The notes beneath the pieces were generated by a model. That model ran no database searches and had not been told where the DNA came from. It was given only the letters and a program-made list of their open reading frames with translations. Shown here in pieces: positions 1 to 7,647 of a stretch of DNA of 22,547 bases. A program made the position numbers and the translations under genes. Numbering within the stretch: position 1 is the stretch's first letter; the number at the start of each line of letters is the position of its first letter. The stretch spans positions 1 to 22,547 of the IMG/VR virus record IMGVR_UViG_3300045988_137427; one strand, written 5' to 3'. The stretch is from a virus.

Positions 1-75
1 ATTTTTTTTCGGAAGCAAAATATAAAAAGTCTACTTATATATAGACGAGAGCGAAGGAAGAATAGCTACCTTCCC
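1..75. repeat. Terminal direct repeat, copy 1 (identical to 22473..22547); circular-assembly overlap or terminal redundancy
   Basis: Bases 1-75 (ATTTTTTTTCGGAAGC...AATAGCTACCTTCCC) recur exactly as the last 75 bases of the window. Confidence 0.9.
24..40 (+). promoter_or_regulatory. Conserved motif AAAAAGTCTACTTATAT, copy 1 (duplicated at 22496..22512 by the terminal repeat)
   Basis: Near-identical to AAAAATCTACTTATA at 2121..2137 and 2404..2419. Lies about 115 nt upstream of the first gene and is followed by a GGAAG/CTTCC hairpin. No sigma-70 -35 hexamer at the correct spacing. Confidence 0.5.
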
Positions 76-155
76 TAAAGTGTAAGACACAATAGCCTTC
101 CATTGTGCTGCGCACTCTCGTTTTTATTATAAACGGAAGGCAAGGAAGGGTAATT

Positions 156-1115
156 ATGAAATTTGATATTGAAAATCGTCTCAAAGACACCGCAATAGTA
201 AATCTAACTGATTTTGAAAACGCCATTGATTTATATGAAGATGGTGAAATCGAAAAGGCATTGGAACTTATGTTTGGATTGACAGTATTAGGATTTGGCG
301 GTGATTTTGAAGCAGAAGATAGAGAAGTGCGCCGTCTACTGCGCAATAGAGCTTATACAGTTGCTAAAAGTAATGAGACTTACTGTAATAAGGTTTAGTC
401 TAAAGAGGCGGGGCAAAGAGCTAAACTCCAATTAGATGATATTGCCGAAATGATGGCCAATGGAGCAACACAACAAATTATAGCGGATACTCTTTGCGTG
501 AGCCTCGATACTATCAAGTATAGAGTAAAAGTGATGAAAGAAAAGTTTCCGTTCCTTTACGCCGAAGGAGTAAAAAAGTGTAAAAAAGTTGGAGTTAGTG
601 TGAGTAATGATAATGATAATGATAATGATAATGAGAAAGAAAATGACAAAGAGAATAGCGCTTCATCATCCTCTTTTACAGAAAGTCAAGGGTGGGAGAC
701 AGTAGAAAAAATGAAAGAGCTCCATCCTTTTGATGCTGCAAATTCAGTAGAAACAAAAGCTGATTTGATGGCTTTCGTTATCGCCTACAAAGGAGAAAAC
801 TTTGCCACTTCGCGCGTAAATCAACAAATCAAAGATACAAAAGTTTCTCCAAAAGATTGCGCCCGCGCCTTGTATTATCTTGACGCAAAGGAAATGAAAG
901 GTAGATTTTGCAAAGGAATAGAGCCTACCCTCTATCTTTGCCTAAAAGATGAAAATATTGTTTCTGCTAACAACTACTTTGAAAAAGAGATTGCTCAAAA
1001 AGAAGCAATTATGCATAGTTTTCAAGTTGCAGAAGAAAACAAAAAAATTATCCGTGTGCCCATTCCTTCATCAAAGAAAAAAACCCCAACATACAACATT
1101 GATGAAATCAATTGA
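156..1115 (+). CDS. Putative regulatory/replication-associated protein with an HTH segment (DUF6291-like N-terminus, from memory); 1 in-frame TAG
   Basis: ATG 156 follows AAGGAAGGG. Track ORFs 105..398 and 450..1115 are both frame 0, separated only by TAG 396-398, with no other stop in 399-449. HTH-like GATQQIIADTLCVSLDTIKYRV. Stop is TGA. The fusion is less certain than for the structural genes. Confidence 0.55.
606..634 (+). repeat. Hexanucleotide tandem repeat (AATGAT) x ~4.8, encoding NDNDNDNDN
   Basis: aatgataatgataatgataatgataatga read directly; in frame within CDS 156..1115. Confidence 0.9.
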
Positions 1116-1136
1116 ACCATATAGGAGGTAAATATA

Positions 1137-1979
1137 ATGTATATTGTCGAAGCCACAAGCAGCGAAAACCGCACAACCCACGGTTCTATGGGTGATTAGA
1201 CAGGCCGCGAAATTTGCGTATCCAACTTCTACTCCTATCCTTGGGATGTAGTGCTCTACTGCAAGGATGATACCTTACGGCGCAAGGCCGCGCAGATAGC
1301 CCAAGAAATAGCTTCCAATCCTTCTTTTGGCTACTCTCAACCTAACCGCTGGACGGGCTACAACTCAATCGTAGCTAATGGTGGTAAAGTTGCGGGCGCG
1401 CAAGGAGATTTTGACTGTAGCTCCTTGGTTATCTCTTGTTATGTTCTTGCGGGGCTTGCTATCCCTACCGGCACAGGCTACACAGGAACTATAGAACAAA
1501 CCTTCTTATCTACCGGTAAATTTGAAGCTCTGCGCGGGCAGCACATCTTAGATTATATGCGCGGGGCTATTGGGTGTATTTATCTGAACACCGCCAATCA
1601 CACAGCAATAGGAATTACTGATGAAGCATTGCGCCCGCGCTACACAACTCCGAGTGCTGCGGCCTCCATCCCATCCATTGATATAAAAGACACTACCGCC
1701 GCGAATTGGGGAGGAAAAATAACCGTCCCCTTAGATACTTGCTCTGTGAAGTTGCCTATGCTTCAAAATGGTAGTGTTGGCCATTCGGTAGCAATGCTCC
1801 AAACTCTACTTCTGGCTAATGGGGGCTCGTTGCCCACTTGTGGCGCTGATGGGGAATATGGTAATGAGACTTCCAACGCTGTGCGCGCGCTACAACAGAG
1901 TAATGGGCTTGACGTTGACGGCATTGTTGGCGCGCAAACCTGGGCTTGTCTGCTTTGGGGTGGAAAGCTCCAATTGTAA
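1137..1979 (+). CDS. Endolysin: cysteine-peptidase-type peptidoglycan hydrolase plus C-terminal PG_binding_1-like domain; 1 in-frame TAG
   Basis: AGGAGG at 1124-1129 then ATG 1137. TAG 1197-1199 (codon 21) is in frame with track ORF 1251..1979. NlpC/P60-like Cys motif GDFDCSSLV and later NHTAIGI. C-terminal GADGEYGNETSNAVRALQQSNGLDVDGIVGAQTW is a typical peptidoglycan-binding repeat. Stop is TAA. Confidence 0.8.
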
Positions 1980-1993
1980 GTTTGGCTCACATT

Positions 1994-2039
1994 GCGCGGG
2001 CTCCATAGATTTTATGAATGGAATTTATCCAGCCCGCGC
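1994..2039 (+). other. Stem-loop after the endolysin gene (GCGCGGGCT ... AGCCCGCGC, with inner TCCAT/ATGGA)
   Basis: 9-bp perfect outer stem at 1994-2002 and 2031-2039. No adjacent T-run, so terminator function is uncertain. Confidence 0.4.
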
Positions 2040-2081
2040 CTTACAATCCAAAAATCAATTTCCAAAATTTATTTTTGAAAA

Positions 2082-2137
2082 TTTCAAAACCCGCACCAAT
2101 TTTTTCTAAAGTGTAGCCTAAAAAATCTACTTATAAG
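2082..2137 (+). promoter_or_regulatory. Repeated ~55-nt element, copy A (TTTCAAAACCCGCACCAA...CTAAA...AAAAATCTACTTATAAG)
   Basis: Aligns by eye with 2366..2420 (TTTCAACCCTGCACCAAA...CTAAA...AAAAATCTACTTATATCC). Preceded by the palindrome TTTTGAAAATTTCAAAA at 2073-2089. Confidence 0.55.
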
Positions 2138-2368
2138 TGGAAGGGAAAAGAGAACTTTGCCATTCAACTATACTTCCTTCCGCACCTCCTATATTTATCT
2201 ATCTATTTATGCCTAACTTCTTGCTCTGTTAGGCTTTACCCTAAAACTAATCCCTTTTGGGATTAGTTCAGGTTGGAGATACAAGAGAAACACATTCGTC
2301 TCCTGTCCATCTTTCTTTTTCTCCGCTCTTTGTCTCTCCAATCTGAACTAACCCCAAAAATTTTTTTT
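2138..2368 (+). ncRNA. Candidate structured, CU-rich non-coding RNA between the two repeated elements
   Basis: No start codon or RBS in the only open frame. Hairpins at 2139-2181 (GGAAGG/CCTTCC), 2211-2234 (GCCTAAC/GTTAGGC) and 2247-2266 (CTAATCCC/GGGATTAG). A long imperfect hairpin pairs 2259-2287 with 2326-2355, followed by A5T8. ACCTCCT at 2184-2190. Confidence 0.4.
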
Positions 2369-2420
2369 CAACCCTGCACCAAATTTATCTAAACCCTATA
2401 CCCAAAAATCTACTTATATC
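2366..2420 (+). promoter_or_regulatory. Repeated ~55-nt element, copy B; candidate late-operon promoter/regulator site upstream of nuclease-TerS-TerL
   Basis: Same core AAAAATCTACTTATAT at 2404-2419. Followed by the hairpin GAGGC..GCCTC and the RBS of the gene starting at 2456. Confidence 0.55.
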
Positions 2421-2455
2421 CAGAGGCAAAGGAGAAGCCTCAAGGAGACGAAAAA

Positions 2456-2899
2456 ATGACTAATTCAGCACTCATCGGAAAGCAAGGTGAAGCTCTATTC
2501 AAATAGGTAATGAGCGCCAGCTACATAGTTGAAGATGTATCCAACTGTAGCGCCTATTGGGACAAGGACATAGACTTCCTTCTCACTAACCCGCGCACCG
2601 GCAATACCCGTTCTTTTGAAGTAAAGAATGATTGCCGCATAGCGGAAACAGGAAACCTCTACCTTGAACTAACAAACGTCCATTCTAAAGGTGGGCTTGG
2701 TTGGTATCGCTTCACGCAAGCCGACTTCCTCGCCTACTGCGACGCCACTACCAGCACCATATACATAATCCCAATGGATTAGCTCCGCGCCAAGTTGAAA
2801 GATATGCAACGGCGCATAGCGTATTGCGGGAATGATAGTTCCGGCTGGCTTGTCAAGCTTTCTGAAATTCAAAACCATATCAATATAACAATCCTGTAA
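2456..2899 (+). CDS. PD-(D/E)XK-type (YraN-like) nuclease; 2 in-frame TAGs
   Basis: AAGGAGA then ATG 2456. TAG 2504-2506 (codon 17) joins it to track ORF 2510..2782. TAG 2780-2782 is followed by 38 more open codons to TAA 2897-2899. Motif GKQGEALF...DIDFLL...SFEVKND fits the D...E-x-K nuclease core. Confidence 0.6.
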
Positions 2900-2911
2900 G
2901 GAGGTGAGCTT

Positions 2912-3286
2912 ATGCCGAAAAGTATGAAAGACATTGCAGCAAGGCAAAATGCCTTTCTTGATGCCTATCTCGAAAACCCCACCTTGTCGATGAAAGCTCA
3001 CGCCGAGCGATTAGGTATAAATGTCCGAACCGTATATAATTGGAAAGACAACAACATAAACGGCTTTGCAGATAAACTCCAAGAGCGACTATCCCGCAAG
3101 TGGGAAGAGGCCAAACAAATGGCTTCCGAATAGATGTTTTCTCTTGCTCGTGAAGGAGACTTCAAAGCAGTAAAATACATCCTTGACTACCACGGATACG
3201 CGCCAGCGCAAAAAGTAGAGGCTAAAGTTGATGCTAAAACCGTGATAAATGTATGTATAGGAGACGAACCTACTAATGGAGATTGA
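2912..3286 (+). CDS. terS: Terminase small subunit; 1 in-frame TAG
   Basis: AGGAGGTG then ATG 2912. N-terminal HTH-like segment (LGINVRTVYNW). TAG 3131-3133, then the frame continues as MFSLAREGDFKAVKYILDYHGYAPAQK, a motif typical of small terminases. TGA 3284-3286 overlaps the TerL start. Confidence 0.7.
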
Positions 3287-4514
3287 GCTCAATCTTTCTA
3301 AGGCTCTTTTCTCTCCTAAGCTCTTTCCTTTACTTTTTGACTACTCCCACCGTTGGGAAGTCTACCTTGGTGGCGCGGGTTCTGGTAAGTCTTACTTTAT
3401 AACCCAAAAGCTAATTGTTCGGTGTTTGCGCGAACCTATCAAGGTTCTTGTGTGCCGCCGCTATGCTACAACTATTCGTAATTCTTGCTTTGCGCTTTTC
3501 AAAGAAATCCTATCCAAATGGAAGCTTATGGAGTATGTCAAAATACGAGAAACAGACTTCAACATACGCTTTCCTAATGGTTCAGAAATAGTATTTATTG
3601 GGCTTGATGATGAAACCAAACTGCTTTCTCTAACCAATATATCTACTATATTTATTGAAGAGGTTTATGAAGTCTCTAAAGAAGTAGTAGAACAGCTCAA
3701 TTTGCGTATGAGAGGTAAAGCCAAAAACCAACAAATCCTTATGGCTTTCAACCCCATATCTAAGCACCATTGGCTTTATGATTTTTGCGAAGTGAGCCCG
3801 CCGCAAAGCTTCTATTTTTCTAAAACCACCTATAAGGATAATCCTTTTCTTTCTCCTGCCTACATTCAATCTCTTGAAGAACTCATCCAGCGCAACCCCG
3901 CCAAAGCGCGCATATATACTCAAGGCTTATGGGGTGTGCCTTCCGAAGGGCTTGTCCTCACGAATTGGACAGCAGAACAATTTGACATTCACACTCTTCT
4001 TGAAGCTCGCCAATTAGAACACCGTTGCGGGATGGACTTAGGCTTCGTAGATAAAACCGCAATCATTGATAGTTGGTATGACGCGCCCGCGCGCACAATA
4101 TACATTACAAACGAATTTTACAAATCTGGTTGCCAGCTCTCTGAATTAGCGGATGCAATTACCTCTATGGGGCTTTCCAAATCGAAGCTTTGTGTAGATG
4201 CAGCAGAACCGCGCACAATCCAATTCTTTCGCATTCAAGGTATAAATGCTGTGCCTTGCGCGAAGGGTAAAGACAGCGGGAAAGCCGGGCTTATGTTTCT
4301 GCAAGATAACAAGCTCATTGTTTCTCCGTCTTGCGTGAACCTCATAACCGAGCTGGAAAACTTCTCATACATCAAATCCAAACAAACCGGAGAATACACC
4401 GACGATACCACCCACGAATGGAGCCACGCTATTGATGCTCTGCGTTATGGGTATTCTGATATATACACGAATAAGAAGCTAAAGACGCTTGATAAGAGCG
4501 TTTTAGGGCTGTAA
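3276..4514 (+). CDS. terL: Terminase large subunit (PBSX-like); TAG-free
   Basis: 412 aa uninterrupted. Walker A GGAGSGKS near the N-terminus and a C-terminal nuclease-type region (HAIDALRY). Positioned after terS. Confidence 0.9.
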   Translation: MEIELNLSKALFSPKLFPLLFDYSHRWEVYLGGAGSGKSYFITQKLIVRCLREPIKVLVCRRYATTIRNSCFALFKEILSKWKLMEYVKIRETDFNIRFPNGSEIVFIGLDDETKLLSLTNISTIFIEEVYEVSKEVVEQLNLRMRGKAKNQQILMAFNPISKHHWLYDFCEVSPPQSFYFSKTTYKDNPFLSPAYIQSLEELIQRNPAKARIYTQGLWGVPSEGLVLTNWTAEQFDIHTLLEARQLEHRCGMDLGFVDKTAIIDSWYDAPARTIYITNEFYKSGCQLSELADAITSMGLSKSKLCVDAAEPRTIQFFRIQGINAVPCAKGKDSGKAGLMFLQDNKLIVSPSCVNLITELENFSYIKSKQTGEYTDDTTHEWSHAIDALRYGYSDIYTNKKLKTLDKSVLGL

Positions 4515-4526
4515 GGAGGTAAACCA

Positions 4527-4829
4527 TTGGTAGATTATTTATATGACGTAATCAAAGCCGTAGCCGGTGAAGAATTGCAAATTGCGGCGGTAATTACTGA
4601 TGAGAATGGCGCGGACATTAGTGAGGGTTGTGTGCTTGTTCTGGCTTTTGGACAGCACGCAGAACCACACGCACAATTTGATGGAACATTTACTGCCTCC
4701 AATAAAGGAGGTTTTTGGAGCTTTGTGGTTCCTGCCGCGGCCACAAAGGGAGAACACAAACTTTGGTATAAGGTAATGAAGGATGGAGAGAGTTTGTCTT
4801 TCTATCGGCCTTTGTATTTGGAGGGTTGA
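4527..4829 (+). CDS. Small hypothetical protein, possibly Ig-like/beta-sandwich; TAG-free
   Basis: GGAGG at 4516-4520 then a TTG start at 4527. 100 aa with no recognisable catalytic motif. Confidence 0.5.
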   Translation: MVDYLYDVIKAVAGEELQIAAVITDENGADISEGCVLVLAFGQHAEPHAQFDGTFTASNKGGFWSFVVPAAATKGEHKLWYKVMKDGESLSFYRPLYLEG

Positions 4830-4832
4830 GTG

Positions 4833-5936
4833 ATGCCCGTTGTGCTGAAAGGCAAGAAAGATAATATTGAGATAAAGCCTTTATCAAATTCTATTGAACT
4901 AAAGCCTTCTTCAAGTTCTATTGAATTACAAGTGCCTGTGGGTTCTGGTGCGGTTAGTTCCGTGAACGGACAAACGGGTGATGTAGTTATTGATGTGCCT
5001 TCTAAGGTAAGTGAATTAGAGAATGATGTAGGCTACCTCACCGAGCACCAAAGTTTGGATACTCTCGCCACAAAAGAAGCTCTAAATAATGGGCTGGCCG
5101 CGAAACAAGATAAACTTACTGCGGGTGAAAATATCACCATCCAGAATAATGTGATTAGCGCGAGCGGTGGCGGTGGAAGTTCTTACACATTACCACAAGC
5201 CTCTTATTCAACACTTGGTGGGGTAAAAGTAGTTTCAAATACATCACCATATAATAATTCTGATATAGGTAGAATTACAATTTCTAATGATGGTGTGTTA
5301 TATATAAATGATGAGTTGGATGAATAGCCGAAATATGGCTCTAATGGAAAGTCATATGCTTTACTATTTATTGGAAAAGACATTGAAGGCGGGACTAATC
5401 CTCAACGCCGTGTTCCATATATCAGATAGCAAGGTTGGTATTATCCTCTTCCTTTTCGAGCTGGGACAGCTATAAATATTTCAGATGAAGGGATAATTTC
5501 TGTAGATACAGCGCAAGTCTCTGCTAATAATGGCGTTCCATCTGGGGGCGGCTATCCACAAATACTTATAAAGAATACTGTAAAAGACTATGATACTTCG
5601 TGGAGTTCGCTTCCAGATTTATTGAATTATTATGGTATGAGTAGCGGTAGCGGTAATTGGAACATTACAACATCCATATATGAAGGAAATTTATACAATG
5701 CCAAAGAGGTAGTAATTTTCTGGTAGGACAGTAATTATAACTACCATCAAACATATTTGAATGTTGGTAGTGATTATAACGGTAATAATGGATAGACTTG
5801 GGGAAGTTCAAGTTGGATGAATACTTCTATTTATCTTGATAGTTATGATGAATACAATGGCGCGTATATAACTTATGATGGTAATTTTGTTAGCACTTCC
5901 AACTGCTCAATCAATGCGATATGCTACAAATCCTAA
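4833..5936 (+). CDS. Fibre-like protein (SVNGQTGDV.. / SELENDVGYLT motifs); 4 in-frame TAGs
   Basis: Frame 0 is open from ATG 4833 (GTG 4830 is also possible) to TAA 5934-5936, checked codon by codon. The only interruptions are TAG 5325, 5427, 5724 and 5793. This explains the apparently ORF-free stretch 5328-5951 in the standard-code track. Confidence 0.7.
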
Positions 5937-5951
5937 CCGGAGGAAACCTAA

Positions 5952-6335
5952 ATGATAAAAGTAAACTATGACGCCACTACTGGCAAGGTTCTTTCCTTCG
6001 GCAAAGATACAGAACCCTATATTGAAATTACCGAAGCTGAACGGAAGCAACCTCTCCCAACAAAATACCACTACTATGCCGTAGTAGATGGAAAATTCAA
6101 AATTCTTTCGCGCGCACCTTCACCCGCAGAAACAAAAAACGATACTGCGCGCGCCCTACGTTCTCAAATTGCAACTCTGAAAGCTCAATTAGATGCTACT
6201 GATTATAAAGCTCTAAAGTTTATGGAGGGCTGGCTTACTGCTGACGAATACGCCGAGTGTAAAGCAAACCGCGCAGAGTGGCGCGCGCAAATAAACAAAT
6301 TAGAGGAGGAACTTGCTAATGTTCTTTCTGAATAA
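5952..6335 (+). CDS. Hypothetical protein, possibly a fibre assembly/chaperone-like protein; TAG-free
   Basis: GGAGG then ATG 5952. The C-terminal helical segment (ATLKAQLDATDYKALKFMEGWLTADEYAECKANRAEWRAQINKLEEE) resembles tail-fibre assembly proteins from memory. Confidence 0.5.
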   Translation: MIKVNYDATTGKVLSFGKDTEPYIEITEAERKQPLPTKYHYYAVVDGKFKILSRAPSPAETKNDTARALRSQIATLKAQLDATDYKALKFMEGWLTADEYAECKANRAEWRAQINKLEEELANVLSE

Positions 6336-7647
6336 GGATACAGAACTAACTCCCGCGCTTATCAATAAAATGATGAATTAGTTTATAGTTGCGGTTCGTC
6401 CTACGTTGCGCAATTACAAGAACTACTTCGACGGTAAGCAAGCTATTCTAAATAAGTCATATAACGATGCTTCTAAACCTTGTAATAAGGTTATCACAAA
6501 CTACTGTAGCGATATAGTGAGCTCCTATAACGGATACATTGCTTCTCCGGGCTATATCTCCTACAGTAGCGAAACTCCTATTGATGAGATTATGGAGTGT
6601 TTGAAATATAACGATTACCAAGACGAGGACAGCGATTTTCTAAATGATGCTCTTGTATATGGTGTGGCCGCGGAACTTATGTATATAGATAGTGATGGAA
6701 AAGTGCGTTTCCGTCTTATCAATCCGCTCAACTGTTTTGGTGTGTATGATGATAGTTTGAGTTAGGATTTACTCTACTTTGTAAGATGGTATAAGGCTAA
6801 CGAGTGGGATGAAAGCAACACTTACTTTCTTGATGCCTACAGTAATATTACTGTGCGCCATTATAAAATGAGTGGAGAGAATGGTGGACTTGTTTTTCTT
6901 TCCGAAGAGCCCCATTACTTCAATCAATGCCCGGCCAATATCTTCTATTTGGATAAAGATGAGCGCAATATTTTTGATTGTATTTTGAGCCTTCAAGATG
7001 CATACAACGAAATCCTCTCTGGTGAGATTGATGATTATGATGCTTTTTGTGATGCCTACCTTTCCATTACCGGATGCGACGCCGAGACGGATGATATTAT
7101 TTCTATGAAAGAAAACCGCGTCTTGGTTCTTCCGGAGGGAGCTGCCGCGGAATGGCTTACCAAAAACGCGAATGATGCACAAGTTGAAAATATCCTCAAG
7201 CGCATTCACGATAGTATCTACCGCATTGCAAAATGCCCCGACTTTTCCAGTGAGACATTTGTAGGCGGGGTAAGCTCTGGCGTGGCTATCCGCTACCGCC
7301 TTACCGGTTGTGAGACGAAGGCCGCAGCCATTGAGAGTAATATGAAGAAAGCGCTCCAACGCCGTATTGAGCTTATTGCGGGCGTCGCTTCTCTAAAGCT
7401 TGGCGAAGAGGTTTTCCGCGATATTTCTATTACATTTACGCGCAATATTCCTTCTGATAATAGCGACATTCTCAACACAGTCAAGGGACTACAAGGCGTA
7501 GTAAGTGATAAAACATTACTTGGTATGATACCTCAAGTGAGTGATGTAGATAAGGAATTAGAGGCTATTACCGAAGAGAAACAGAAGAAGATGGAACTCT
7601 ATTCTTTCGCGCCAACCAATACACCTGATGATGGTGATGAGGAATGA
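6319..7647 (+). CDS. Portal protein (SPP1 gp6-like); 2 in-frame TAGs
   Basis: GAGGAGGA then ATG 6319. TAG 6379-6381 (codon 21) and TAG 6763-6765 join track ORFs 6406..6765 and 6853..7647, all in frame 1. N-terminus ...YKNYFDGKQAI... is typical of portals. Acidic C-terminus. Stop is TGA. Confidence 0.85.

Noticed and set aside
24-40. The conserved AAAAA(G)TCTACTTATA motif as an ordinary sigma-70 (-10 TTATAT/TATAAG) or Bacteroidetes-type (TAnnTTTG) promoter
   Set aside because: No acceptable -35 hexamer lies 16-18 nt upstream in any copy, and there is no TTTG -33/-7 pattern. I kept it as a phage-specific regulatory element instead.
1-75. Terminal 75-bp repeats as attL/attR of an integrated prophage
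   Set aside because: The repeat lies in a divergent promoter region far from the integrase, and no host genes flank it because the window starts and ends inside the repeat. The tRNA-like core next to int is the more plausible att site.
2103-2109. TTCTAAA (and ATCTAAA at 2387-2393, and TTCTAA on the - strand near 21497 and 21560) as anticodon loops of a tRNA(CUA)
   Set aside because: No complementary 5-bp stems flank any of them, and no D-arm, T-arm or acceptor helices can be drawn.
2082-2420. The repeated elements as a CRISPR array or att/terminal repeats of an inserted element
   Set aside because: There are only two close copies plus one distant copy. They are imperfect, about 55 nt long and 284 bp apart, with no regular repeat-spacer periodicity and no flanking mobility gene.
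6769-7359. Long minus-strand ORFs inside the structural region (6769..7359, 9879..10397, 10971..11408, 18093..18527 and many shorter ones)
   Set aside because: Each lies antisense to a coherent plus-strand gene with an RBS and recognisable motifs (portal, capsid, adaptor, fibre). Their translations are low-complexity, Ser/Arg/Ile-rich and without RBSs. They are typical shadow ORFs.
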